NCBI GenBank assembly: GCA_905235685.1
Contig: CAJOMO010000010.1
Coordinates: 247 to 64,246, forward strand
From: an uncultured Selenomonadaceae bacterium
GTDB lineage: Bacteria > Bacillota > Negativicutes > Selenomonadales > Selenomonadaceae
DNA: 64,000 nt
Reading direction: 5' to 3'
Part shown: piece after piece, positions 28,063 through 37,344 of the stretch
Layout: every line of letters starts with the position of its first letter
Position numbering within the stretch: the stretch's first letter is position 1
Made by a program: the position numbers and the translations under genes
Notes under the pieces: generated by a model
What the model was told of the DNA's origin: nothing
The model's database searches: none
Seen by the model: the letters and a program-made list of their open reading frames with translations, nothing else

Positions 28063-29994
28063 GTGAAAACTTCCGATCTTGGCGAGTATGATTTGTATTT
28101 ATTTCATCAAGGAACAAATTTTCACGCATATGAAATGCTCGGAGCGCACTTTGTGGAGCGCGAGGGCAAAAAAGGCGTGCGTTTCGCTGTTTGGGCGAAA
28201 AATGCAAAATCGGTAAGCGTGGTTGGCGATTTCAATAATTGGGATACGCGCGTCCACAAAATGATTCGTCTTAGCGACGGCGAAACTTGGGAAATTTTTA
28301 TCGAAGGACTCAAGCAGGGCGATACTTACAAATACGCGATTGAGCCGCAGTGGGGCGGACCGCACATTTTGAAAGCTGACCCGTACGGCTTTTTCTGCGA
28401 AAAGAAACCTCATACCGCTTCGCGCCTTTATGATATGTCAAATTACAAGTGGGGCGACCAGGAATGGATGGAGGCTAAGCAAAAAGAATCTTCCTATTCC
28501 CGCCCGATGTTGATTTACGAAGTGCACGCGGGTTCCTGGCAGCGCAAAGGACGCGGCAACAGCGACGTTGACGATGTTTATCTCAGTTATCGCGAATTGG
28601 CAGACAGACTTGTCAGCTACGCGAAAAAATTAAACTACACGCATATTGAATTTATGCCGCTCACCGAACACCCGTTTGACGGCTCTTGGGGCTATCAGAC
28701 AACCGGATATTACGCCGCTACCAGCCGCTACGGTGAGCCGGACGATTTCCGCTATCTCATTGACACGGCGCACAAAAACGGTATCGGAATTATCATGGAC
28801 TGGGTGCCTGGTCACTTCTGCAAAAATAATGAAGGTCTGCGCGAATTTGACGGCACGAATCTTTATGAATCCGATAATCCGCAGTTGGCGAATAACAAGG
28901 GCTGGGGCACGATTAATTTTGACTACGGCAGAACTGAAGTTCACAGCTTCCTCATTTCCAACGCAATTTTCTGGTTCGACGAATACCACATTGACGGCTT
29001 GAGAATTGACGGCGTCGCCAATATGCTTTATCTGAATTTCGGGCGCGAAGAGGGCGAATGGACGCCGAATAAATATGGCGATACCGGCAACCTTGAGGCG
29101 ATTGATTTTATTAAAAAACTCAACGAAACTGTTTTCAAATATCACCCTAACGCCTTAATGATGGCGGAAGAATCCACAGATTGGCCGCTTATTTCCAAAC
29201 CGGTTTATATGGGCGGGCTCGGTTTCAATTACAAGTGGAATATGGGCTGGATGAACGATATGCTTAAGTACGTCAGCCTCGACCCGATTTATCGCAAGTG
29301 GAATCACGACAAAGTTACTTTCTCGTTTATGTACGCCTTCAGCGAAAACTTTATTCTGCCGCTTTCACACGACGAAGTTGTTCACGGCAAATGCTCCTTG
29401 ATTGAGAAAATGCCTGGCGATTATTGGCAGAAATTTGCGGGCTTGCGCGGTTTCTTCGGTTACTGGATTGCTCACCCTGGCAAAAAACTTTTGTTCATGG
29501 GCGGCGAATACGGACAATTTATCGAGTGGAACGAAAACGACAGCCTCGATTGGCACTTGGTCGAACAGTACGAAAAGCATACTCAAATGCAAAATTATTC
29601 TAAGGCGCTGAATAAATTCTACTGCGATAATCCGGCTTTCTGGCAGGTTGACTTCGATTGGAACGGCTTCCAGTGGATTGACTGCAACGACAACGAAAAC
29701 AGCATCGTTTCATTTATCCGCAAGGCGAAAGACGCGGACGATTATATCATTGCGGTTTGCAATTTCACGCCGGAAGTTCGCGTCGGTTACAGAATCGGTG
29801 TGCCGGATAAGGGCGCTTATGTCGAAGTTTTCAATTCAGATCTTGAAGAATTTGGCGGCAGCGGCGTTAAAAATGAAGGCGACCTTTTGACGCAGGATGT
29901 AGCGTGGCACAATCGCGACCAGTCCATTGAAATCAGAGTCCCGCCGCTTGCTACGATTTATCTCAAATTGAAAAAAACTGATGAGCCTGCCTAA
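28063..29994 (+). CDS. glgB: 1,4-alpha-glucan branching enzyme
   Basis: 643 aa. GTG start after AAAGGAGG. GH13 motifs DWVPGHF, GLRIDGVANM, MMAEEST, LSHDEV. Confidence 0.95.
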   Translation: MKTSDLGEYDLYLFHQGTNFHAYEMLGAHFVEREGKKGVRFAVWAKNAKSVSVVGDFNNWDTRVHKMIRLSDGETWEIFIEGLKQGDTYKYAIEPQWGGPHILKADPYGFFCEKKPHTASRLYDMSNYKWGDQEWMEAKQKESSYSRPMLIYEVHAGSWQRKGRGNSDVDDVYLSYRELADRLVSYAKKLNYTHIEFMPLTEHPFDGSWGYQTTGYYAATSRYGEPDDFRYLIDTAHKNGIGIIMDWVPGHFCKNNEGLREFDGTNLYESDNPQLANNKGWGTINFDYGRTEVHSFLISNAIFWFDEYHIDGLRIDGVANMLYLNFGREEGEWTPNKYGDTGNLEAIDFIKKLNETVFKYHPNALMMAEESTDWPLISKPVYMGGLGFNYKWNMGWMNDMLKYVSLDPIYRKWNHDKVTFSFMYAFSENFILPLSHDEVVHGKCSLIEKMPGDYWQKFAGLRGFFGYWIAHPGKKLLFMGGEYGQFIEWNENDSLDWHLVEQYEKHTQMQNYSKALNKFYCDNPAFWQVDFDWNGFQWIDCNDNENSIVSFIRKAKDADDYIIAVCNFTPEVRVGYRIGVPDKGAYVEVFNSDLEEFGGSGVKNEGDLLTQDVAWHNRDQSIEIRVPPLATIYLKLKKTDEPA

Positions 29995-30172
29995 TTCCAC
30001 AGAAAATAAATTAAAACGCAAACGCGGGCGTCCCCGATTGACTGAAGAGCAAAAAGCCGCCTCGCGCGCTAAACGTGAAGCCGGCAAAACACGCAAATTT
30101 TCAGTTGGCGAAGAGCCTAATCGCCGTTCGCCCGCTAATTGATTGTCGAATTACACAATGGAGGGGTAATTT

Positions 30173-31621
30173 ATGAAAGTTCTTTATGTAGCCTCGGAAG
30201 CGAATCCTTTTGTAAAAACCGGCGGATTGGCTGACGTTGCGGGCTCACTTCCCAAAGCTCTCAAAAAGCAGGGCGTTGACGTTCGCGTTATCATTCCCAA
30301 ATTCAGCAAAATCAAGGAAGAATACCGCAATGCTATGGAACACGTTTACGACGGGCAAATTCCGGTTTCGTGGCGCAGTAAATATGTCGGTATCGACAAG
30401 TACGAAGTTGACGGCGTAACTTTCTATTTTGTTGACAACGAAGAATATTTTTATCGCGATGGACTTTACGGCTATGACGACGACGCGGAAAGATTTTCGT
30501 TTTTCGCGCGCGCGATTTTGAACTGCCTGCCCGCGCTTGATTTCTTCCCCGATGTTATCAATGCAAACGATTGGCACGCCGGACTTGTTCCCGTGCTGCT
30601 TAAACTTGAACACATGGGCGACGAACGCTATGCAAATATCAAGACGCTGTACACGATTCACAATCTGAAGTATCAAGGCATTTTCCCAAAAGATGTTATG
30701 GGCGATGTGCTCGGGCTTGACTGGAAATATTTCAACAACGGCGATTTGGAATTTTACGATGCTGTTAACTTCATGAAGGGCGGCATTATTTACGCGGATC
30801 ACGTTTCCACCGTCAGCAAGACTTACGCGCAAGAAATTCAGTACGAATATTTTGGCGAACACCTTGACGGCTTGCTCCGCGCGCGCAAAGATGATTTGTC
30901 CGGTATCGTCAACGGCATTGACTATGACGTTTACAATCCGGCTACCGATAAAAATTTGTTCGTGCAGTATGACAATTCAAATTCCTTCAACGCGTATGAA
31001 CGCAAGGGCGATAACAAAGTTAAGCTTCAAGAAATTCTCGGACTTCCGCAAGACAGGAAAATTCCGGTAGTTTCAATGGTTACGCGTCTCGTTGCCGCAA
31101 AGGGGCTTGATTTGGTCGTCAGAATGATGGATGAACTTTTGCAGCATGAGAATTTCCAATTTGTATTGCTCGGCACGGGCGACAAAGTTTATGAGGATTG
31201 GTTTAAAGGTTTGGCGTGGCGTTTCCCGCAAAAAGTTTCGTCGAACATTTATTTCTCAAACGAACTCGCGCAGAGAATTTACGGCGCGTCTGATATTTTC
31301 TTGATGCCGTCGAATTATGAGCCGTGCGGAATTGGACAACTTATCGCAATGCGTTACGGCGCAGCTCCGGTTGTTCGCGAAACCGGCGGCTTGAAAGATA
31401 CCGTTCACCAGTACGACAAATACGAAGGCAAAGGCAACGGCTTTGTATTCTCGAATTATAACGCGCATGAAATGATGTATGCTCTCAAACGCGCGCTTAG
31501 CACCTATGGCAACTTCGAGATTTGGCTGAATATCGTTTCAAATGCAATGAACAGCGACTACAGCTGGACAGAATCTGCCCGCGAATACAAAGATCTTTAT
31601 GCTAAATTGATGGCGAAGTAA
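30173..31621 (+). CDS. glgA: Glycogen synthase (ADP-glucose type, GT5)
   Basis: 482 aa. MKVLYVASEANPFVKTGGLADV (KTGGL motif) and PSNYEPCGIGQL. Confidence 0.95.
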   Translation: MKVLYVASEANPFVKTGGLADVAGSLPKALKKQGVDVRVIIPKFSKIKEEYRNAMEHVYDGQIPVSWRSKYVGIDKYEVDGVTFYFVDNEEYFYRDGLYGYDDDAERFSFFARAILNCLPALDFFPDVINANDWHAGLVPVLLKLEHMGDERYANIKTLYTIHNLKYQGIFPKDVMGDVLGLDWKYFNNGDLEFYDAVNFMKGGIIYADHVSTVSKTYAQEIQYEYFGEHLDGLLRARKDDLSGIVNGIDYDVYNPATDKNLFVQYDNSNSFNAYERKGDNKVKLQEILGLPQDRKIPVVSMVTRLVAAKGLDLVVRMMDELLQHENFQFVLLGTGDKVYEDWFKGLAWRFPQKVSSNIYFSNELAQRIYGASDIFLMPSNYEPCGIGQLIAMRYGAAPVVRETGGLKDTVHQYDKYEGKGNGFVFSNYNAHEMMYALKRALSTYGNFEIWLNIVSNAMNSDYSWTESAREYKDLYAKLMAK

Positions 31622-31700
31622 TTTAGGGAATAGGGAAAAGTGGTTAGGGGCTAGTGGTTTGAATCACTATTCCCTTGCCCCTTTACACTGTACCCTAGCA
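31622..31700. repeat. G-word/C-word intergenic repeat element, copy A
   Basis: tagggaataggg-aaaagtggtta-ggggctagtg-gtttgaat-cactattccc-ttgcccct-ttacactgtaccctagc. Shares the words TAGGGAATAGGG, GGCTAGTG, CCCTTGCCCCT and TTACACT..CCCTAGC with 36537-36612. Confidence 0.75.
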
Positions 31701-31706
31701 ACCGGT

Positions 31707-31741
31707 CCGGCGAGCGGCTTTTTCTCGTCGGGCTTTTTTTC
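31707..31741 (+). terminator. Rho-independent terminator of the glg operon
   Basis: ccggcgag-cggcttttt-ctcgtcgg (8 bp, one G-U) followed by gcttttttt. Confidence 0.7.
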
Positions 31742-31758
31742 TTTGCAGAGGTGATTTT

Positions 31759-33047
31759 ATGACGGTCGATAAAAATTTGTTCCTGTACGATTTGGCTGTC
31801 GTGGCGATTATGAAAAATGAAGCGCCGTATGTCAAAGAATGGCTCGATTATCATTTGCTGGCGGGCGTCAATCATTTTTACATTTACCGAAAGCCCCGAT
31901 AATCTCAAGGAAATTCTTCAGCCGTACATTGAGCGCGGGCTTGTGACTTATACTTTTTACCCTGGCAAGTGCAGGCAAATGGAGGCGTATATTTCGGCTG
32001 TCAATCAGTACAAATTTTTCTGTCGGTATATGGCGTTTATCGACGGCGACGAATTTATTTTTCCGCAGGGCAATAAAAATGTAGTTGAAGTTGTTGACGA
32101 AATTTTATCCGACAAACCGCAGGCGGCGGCGTTGGGAATTAATTGGCGTTGTTTCGGCTCGAATTTTCAAGAAACCGCCGATTACAGCCGCGGCGTCCTC
32201 GAAAGATTTACTCGGCGCGCTCCAAATGATTGGCTCGGCGAAGATTATGTTCCGGAAAAAAATAATATCGCCGGCAACGCTCACATTAAAAAAATCGCCA
32301 ATCCGCGCAGGATTAGGTTTTTCGTGAATCCGCATTTCGCCGTGTTGTTTGAAAATCACTTTTCAATTAACGAAAACGGCAAACCTATTTCAAATTACGC
32401 TAATTATCCTGTGACTGCCGAAAAAATTGTTGTCCATCACTACATGACCAAATCGCGCGAAGAATATGCAAGAAAAGTTCAGCGCGGCAACGCTGATCTT
32501 TTGGTTAATCAATACGCAATGGAAAAATTTGCTTCGGAAGACCGCAATGAAATTTTCGACGACAGCATTTTAAAATACCGTGCCGCCCGCCAAATTGCAA
32601 AGGGGGGGGGTATTTGATTTTCAAATTAATTATAACAAAATTTATAATGCGTTGCTGGCGAATTTGGCGCCGACCTTTGCAAAGAATGTTCCGCCGGAGT
32701 CTGTTACCGGCAAGCTGGAAACTTTTTTGACATGCCGGAAATTGGCTGAATACCTGCGCGAAAATATTTTAGACGAAACAGCCGGAAATTTTTTTGAAGA
32801 GGCGGCGCTAAATGCGATTTACAAAACTTTACACACGCAAGTTGCCATTTCAGATTTGAGATTATTTTTCAGCGAGTTGCCGAATTTTTTGGTTTTGAAT
32901 TATCCGGTTGTTGAAAATCTGCGCGAGTTAGCTATAAATTTGATTCAGCAGGTTATGAGCGTTTACCGCCTTCAAAATGCCTGGCGTGAATTTACCAAAT
33001 TGGAATATCTGATGAACATGTTGAAAATTTTTGACACTCACAAATGA
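31759..33047 (+). pseudogene. GT2/GT92-like glycosyltransferase broken into three frames (two frameshifts, one in a G9 tract)
   Basis: Piece 1 (31759-31902, SD AGAGGTGA): MTVDKNLFLYDLAVVAIMKNEAPYVKEWLDYHLLAGVNHFYIY then a stop. Piece 2 (+1 frame) continues ESPDNLKEILQPYIERGLVTYTFYPGK...FIDGDEFIF... to 32617. Piece 3 (32611-33047) continues in the third frame straight after the G9 tract. Confidence 0.8.
32602..32610 (+). repeat. Homopolymeric G9 tract at the piece 2 / piece 3 junction of the glycosyltransferase
   Basis: caaattgcaaa-GGGGGGGGG-tatttga. With G8 the reading frame runs ...AKGGVFDFQINYNKIYNALL..., fusing the two ORFs. Confidence 0.9.
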
Positions 33048-33059
33048 GGAGCTGATTTT

Positions 33060-36000
33060 ATGGATAATACGAATGTTGAGCACAATTCGCAAAACATTTA
33101 TTACCGCTCGATAGTGGGCGCGGCGGAGGCGGGCAGTCACATTCGGCTCGGTATCCGCATTAAAACCAAAGAAATTGTCCGGCAGGTTTTACTGCATACG
33201 TGGGCGGACGGCGCGGGCGAAAAATGGTCGAATCTTACCACGCGCGATAAAAATAATTCCGAAGAAAAATTTTATTCAATCGAAGTTGCCATGCCCGAAA
33301 AAGGCGGGCTTGTCTGGTATTATTTTATAATCGTCACGGCGGACAAAACTTATTATTACGGCAACAATCCGGAGCAACTCGGCGGCGTCGGTCAACTTTA
33401 TCAAGATTACGCGCCGCCCGCATTTCAAATCACCGTTTACCAAAAAGGCGCGAAAACTCCCGATTGGTTTAAGCACGCGGTTATGTATCAGATTTTCCCC
33501 GACAGATTTTACCGCGCGGGTAATGAGATTGTCGAAAAGCGCGGCGCAGTTTATCACGCCAGTTGGAAAGATGAGCCCTGCTATTACAAAGACGTCGACA
33601 CGAACGAAATTGTTGCTTACGATTTTTACGGCGGCAATATTCGCGGCGTCGAGAGCAAATTGGATTATCTGAAGGAGCTCGGCGTTTCGGTGATTTATTT
33701 CAATCCGGTTTTCGAATCCGAGAGCAACCACCATTACGATACCGGCGATTATCACAAAATTGACCCGATTTTGGGAACGAACGAAGATTTTAAACATTTG
33801 ATTGACACGGCGGCGGCTAAGGGTATCAGCATAATTATCGACGGCGTTTTCAGCCACACCGGCAGCAACAGCATTTACTTTAACCGGAATGGGCAGTATA
33901 ATTCGTTGGGCGCGTATCAGTCGAAGGATTCGCCGTATTTTGCCTGGTACAGTTTTAAAAATTTCCCGAATGACTATGAAAGTTGGTGGAATTTCCCGAC
34001 TCTGCCGAATGTTCGCGAAGTTACGCCGTCGTATATGGATTTTATAATTCGCAGTAACGACAGCGTTTTGCACCACTGGATGCGCGAAGGAATTTCGGGC
34101 TGGCGTCTCGATGTCATTGACGAATTGCCCGCGGAATTTTCACAGATGTTTTTCGCCGAATTGAAGAAATTAAATCCGGACGCGGTTATGATTGGCGAAG
34201 TTTGGGAAGACGCCTCAAATAAAATTGCTTACGGCGTGCAGCGTCAATATCTTTGCGGCTACGAAATGGATTCGGCGATGAATTATCCTTGGCGCGCTCA
34301 TTTGTTCGATTTTATTTTGGGAAAAATTGACGGCGAAATTTGCATGAAACGAATGGAAAGCCTGCGCGAAAATTACCCGAAAGAAAATTTCTACGTGATG
34401 ATGAATTTAATTGCGAGCCACGATATTATGAGACCGGTGACGATTTTTGGCGAAGCGCCATACTATGACAAAATGCCGGCGGTTGAACAAACGAAATTCC
34501 GGCTTGACGCGGAACATGAGAAACTCGGTAAAGCGCGCTTGAAAATGGCGGCGCTGTGGCAAATGACGTATCCAGGCGTGCCGTGCGTTTATTACGGAGA
34601 TGAAATTGGAATGCAGGGTTTCAAAGATCCGACGAACCGCAGACCGTACGATTGGGACGGCGGCGATAAAGATTTGCTTGACACGTACAAAAAATTTATC
34701 GCGATTCGCAATGAAAATTTGGTTTTGCAGACGGGCGAATTTCTGCCGTTGCCTTCGCGCGGCGATGTGGTTGCTTACGCGCGCGTTATTCGCAATGGAC
34801 GCGATGTCTTTGACCAGGAAGCGCAAAATGATTCGTTTTTGGTGGCGTTCAATCGTTCGACGGACGCGGCGCAGGAAGTTTCCTTTGACGTCAGCGATTT
34901 TGCAAGCGGCGTTTTTGTTGACGCGTTCGACAGCGAAAATCTGAGTCGCCATTATCCGGTGACGCGCGGGCGGGTCAATTTCAAACTCCAGCCGTTGGAA
35001 GGAATTTTACTTCACCACGTACCGCTCAAGAAAAATTACGACCGTCGCGCAGGAATTTTGCTGCACCCGACCAGTTTGCCGTCGAAATACGGTATCGGCG
35101 ATATGGGCAAAGAGGCGTTTGACTTTATCGATTATCTGAAGGCGGCGGGGCAAACGATTTGGCAGATTTTGCCGCTGAATCCTGTTGGTTTCGGTTATTC
35201 GCCGTATCAGTCGCCGTCTGCCTTTGGCGGCAACCCGATGATTATTTCGCTCGACGATTTGATTTCAAGGGGGTTTCTGCGCGAGGGTGATATAAATGTA
35301 CCAAAGACCTCTTCAAAGGCGGCTACAGTCGAATTTGAGCGCGTTATAAGCCTAAAAAATGCGGCGCTTAGAATTGCGTATGATAATTTCAAGGCGAAAT
35401 TGGAAACCGACGCTGAGCTGAAGGCTGACTTTGAAAAATTCCGTGCGGCGGAAAATTATTGGCTGGAAGATTACGCGCTTTTCGCGGCGATTAAAAAGCA
35501 AAATCACGACGCCTATTGGATTGAGTGGGACGAAGACATTAAGCAGCGCGACGAAAAAACTTTAGCGGCACTGCGCGAGAAACTTGCGGACGAAATTATG
35601 TACGTGGAATTTGAGCAGTACATTTTTGATTCGCAATGGCAGAAACTTCATGCTTATGCCCGTGAGCGCGGTATCGAAATTCTCGGTGATATGCCAATTT
35701 TCGTATCGGCAGACAGCGCGGACGTTTGGGCGAATAAGAAGTTGTTCCAGCTCACTGAGGAAGGGCGCCCCGAAAAAGTTGCCGGAGTTCCGCCCGATTA
35801 TTTCAGCCCTACCGGTCAACTTTGGGGCAACCCGCAGTACGATTGGAACGAAATGAAGGCTGAAGATTATGCCTGGTGGAAATTGCGTTTCAAGAAACTT
35901 TATGAGCTGGTTGACATTATCCGAATTGATCATTTCCGCGGCTTTGAGGCTTATTGGTCGGTGGACGGCGACGCTGAAAATGCGATTAATGGCGAATGGA

Positions 36001-36539
36001 TTAAAGGACCTGGCAAGCCGTTCTTCGACGTTATCAAAAAAGAATTTGGCGACGGCGCAAAGATTGTTGCGGAAGATTTGGGCTTTATCACGGACGAAGT
36101 TGAACAACTGCGGCAAGATTGCGGTTTCCCCGGTATGAAGATTCTGCAGTTCGAGCTGCACTTCAATGAAGACGGGCGAATTGGTTTTGTTGCGCCGGAA
36201 AACAGCCTTGCCTATACCGGCACGCACGATAACAACACGACGGTTGGCTGGTTTATGGAAGATGTTGATAATTTGAGCAAGCCGACGATAGCGGCGCTGT
36301 TGGGTGCTGACGCGCGCCGCCCCGACGATGTTTGCCAAAAACTGATTGAATTTGCCTACGCGTCGGATTCGCGCTTTGCGATTATTCCAATGCAGGACGT
36401 GTTGAAACTTGACAGTCGCAGTAGAATGAATACGCCTGGCACGGTCGGCACGAACTGGGGCTGGCGCTTGAAGTCGGATTATCAGCTTGACGCCGACGCG
36501 GGCAGATTGAAGGCTCTTTGCAATAAGTATTTGAGATAG
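33060..36539 (+). CDS. Fusion protein: GH13 alpha-glucosidase/neopullulanase-like domain + GH77 4-alpha-glucanotransferase (MalQ) domain
   Basis: 1159 aa. GH13 regions DGVFSHTG, GWRLDVIDE, IGEVWED, LIASHDIMR (aa ~150-650). From aa ~655: RRAGILLHPTSLPSKYGIGD, WGNPQYDW, IIRIDHFRGF, VAEDLG, YTGTHDNNT (MalQ motifs). Confidence 0.85.
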   Translation: MDNTNVEHNSQNIYYRSIVGAAEAGSHIRLGIRIKTKEIVRQVLLHTWADGAGEKWSNLTTRDKNNSEEKFYSIEVAMPEKGGLVWYYFIIVTADKTYYYGNNPEQLGGVGQLYQDYAPPAFQITVYQKGAKTPDWFKHAVMYQIFPDRFYRAGNEIVEKRGAVYHASWKDEPCYYKDVDTNEIVAYDFYGGNIRGVESKLDYLKELGVSVIYFNPVFESESNHHYDTGDYHKIDPILGTNEDFKHLIDTAAAKGISIIIDGVFSHTGSNSIYFNRNGQYNSLGAYQSKDSPYFAWYSFKNFPNDYESWWNFPTLPNVREVTPSYMDFIIRSNDSVLHHWMREGISGWRLDVIDELPAEFSQMFFAELKKLNPDAVMIGEVWEDASNKIAYGVQRQYLCGYEMDSAMNYPWRAHLFDFILGKIDGEICMKRMESLRENYPKENFYVMMNLIASHDIMRPVTIFGEAPYYDKMPAVEQTKFRLDAEHEKLGKARLKMAALWQMTYPGVPCVYYGDEIGMQGFKDPTNRRPYDWDGGDKDLLDTYKKFIAIRNENLVLQTGEFLPLPSRGDVVAYARVIRNGRDVFDQEAQNDSFLVAFNRSTDAAQEVSFDVSDFASGVFVDAFDSENLSRHYPVTRGRVNFKLQPLEGILLHHVPLKKNYDRRAGILLHPTSLPSKYGIGDMGKEAFDFIDYLKAAGQTIWQILPLNPVGFGYSPYQSPSAFGGNPMIISLDDLISRGFLREGDINVPKTSSKAATVEFERVISLKNAALRIAYDNFKAKLETDAELKADFEKFRAAENYWLEDYALFAAIKKQNHDAYWIEWDEDIKQRDEKTLAALREKLADEIMYVEFEQYIFDSQWQKLHAYARERGIEILGDMPIFVSADSADVWANKKLFQLTEEGRPEKVAGVPPDYFSPTGQLWGNPQYDWNEMKAEDYAWWKLRFKKLYELVDIIRIDHFRGFEAYWSVDGDAENAINGEWIKGPGKPFFDVIKKEFGDGAKIVAEDLGFITDEVEQLRQDCGFPGMKILQFELHFNEDGRIGFVAPENSLAYTGTHDNNTTVGWFMEDVDNLSKPTIAALLGADARRPDDVCQKLIEFAYASDSRFAIIPMQDVLKLDSRSRMNTPGTVGTNWGWRLKSDYQLDADAGRLKALCNKYLR

Positions 36540-36612
36540 GGAATAGGGGCTAGTGTAAAGGGAAGAGTGATTTTTACACTAATCCCTAGCCCCTTGCCCC
36601 TAACCCCTAAGG
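36537..36612. repeat. G-word/C-word intergenic repeat element, copy B (long imperfect hairpin; G4/i-motif tract)
   Basis: tagggaataggggctagtgtaaagggaagagtgatttttacactaatccctagccccttgcccctaacccctaagg. Arms AGGGGCTAG/CTAGCCCCT and TGTAAA/TTTACA pair. 36584-36607 reads C3-TAG-C4-TTG-C4-TAA-C4. Confidence 0.8.
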
Positions 36613-36626
36613 AAGGAGTGCGAGCG

Positions 36627-37325
36627 GTGGCGGTAGATTATACATTCGTGGTTGAAAAGCCGTGTCCGGTGTGTATGAAGGAAACGCGAGTTACAAAGAC
36701 GCGGTCGCGGCTGGTTGTCGAAAAGCGCGACGAAGATTTATGCGTGCATTACAAAGATTTCAACCCGTACTATTACAAGATTTGGGTTTGCGAACATTGC
36801 GGCTTCGCGGGCGACGAAAAAGCTTTCACCACGAATATGCCCAATAAACATCGCGAAATACTTTGGAATTTTCTTCAAGAGAAAGATTTAGATATCGAAT
36901 TTGAAGAAAAGCGCACATTTGCCGACGCCGTCGCCTCTTATGAGCTGGCACTGATTTTCCTGGATATGATTGGCGCGCCGAGTTCCAAAAAGGCGATTTA
37001 CAATTTAAATCTGGCGTGGGTGTTTCGTTCGGTTGGTGAAGAATACGCCGATATGGAGCGCGAATTTATGTTGAAGGCGGCGGAGCATTACAATGAATCG
37101 CTATCGAAGGAGCGCTATCCAATTGACGGCTTGACTGATACGGCGGTTGTATACCTTATCGGCGCGATTTATTATCGGTTGAAGGATTTTGAAAAATGCA
37201 CGCAGTACCTTTCGCGAATAATCGGCGATCAGAAAGTTCGTACGAGTGAGCCAAAAGTTTATGACAAGGCGCGCGATTTGTGGGGCGACGTCGCCAGCAA
37301 AGATAAAGTTTCGCACAAAAAATAA
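36627..37325 (+). CDS. DUF2225-like zinc-ribbon / helical-repeat protein
   Basis: Start moved to GTG 36627 (AAGGAAGGAG upstream); the track's first 20 aa are a translation of the repeat element. CPVC ... VCEHCGF double CxxC with DEDLCVHYKDFNPYYYKIW between them. Confidence 0.65.
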   Translation: MAVDYTFVVEKPCPVCMKETRVTKTRSRLVVEKRDEDLCVHYKDFNPYYYKIWVCEHCGFAGDEKAFTTNMPNKHREILWNFLQEKDLDIEFEEKRTFADAVASYELALIFLDMIGAPSSKKAIYNLNLAWVFRSVGEEYADMEREFMLKAAEHYNESLSKERYPIDGLTDTAVVYLIGAIYYRLKDFEKCTQYLSRIIGDQKVRTSEPKVYDKARDLWGDVASKDKVSHKK

Positions 37326-37344
37326 ATTGACTGGGGGAATATTT

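Noticed and set aside
36584-36612. Telomere-like CCCTAA / TTAGGGG words in the repeat elements
   Set aside because: There are only two or three units embedded in a hairpin-forming bacterial intergenic repeat. There is no tandem array and no linear-replicon context, so I treat the resemblance as coincidental. The G4 potential is reported separately.
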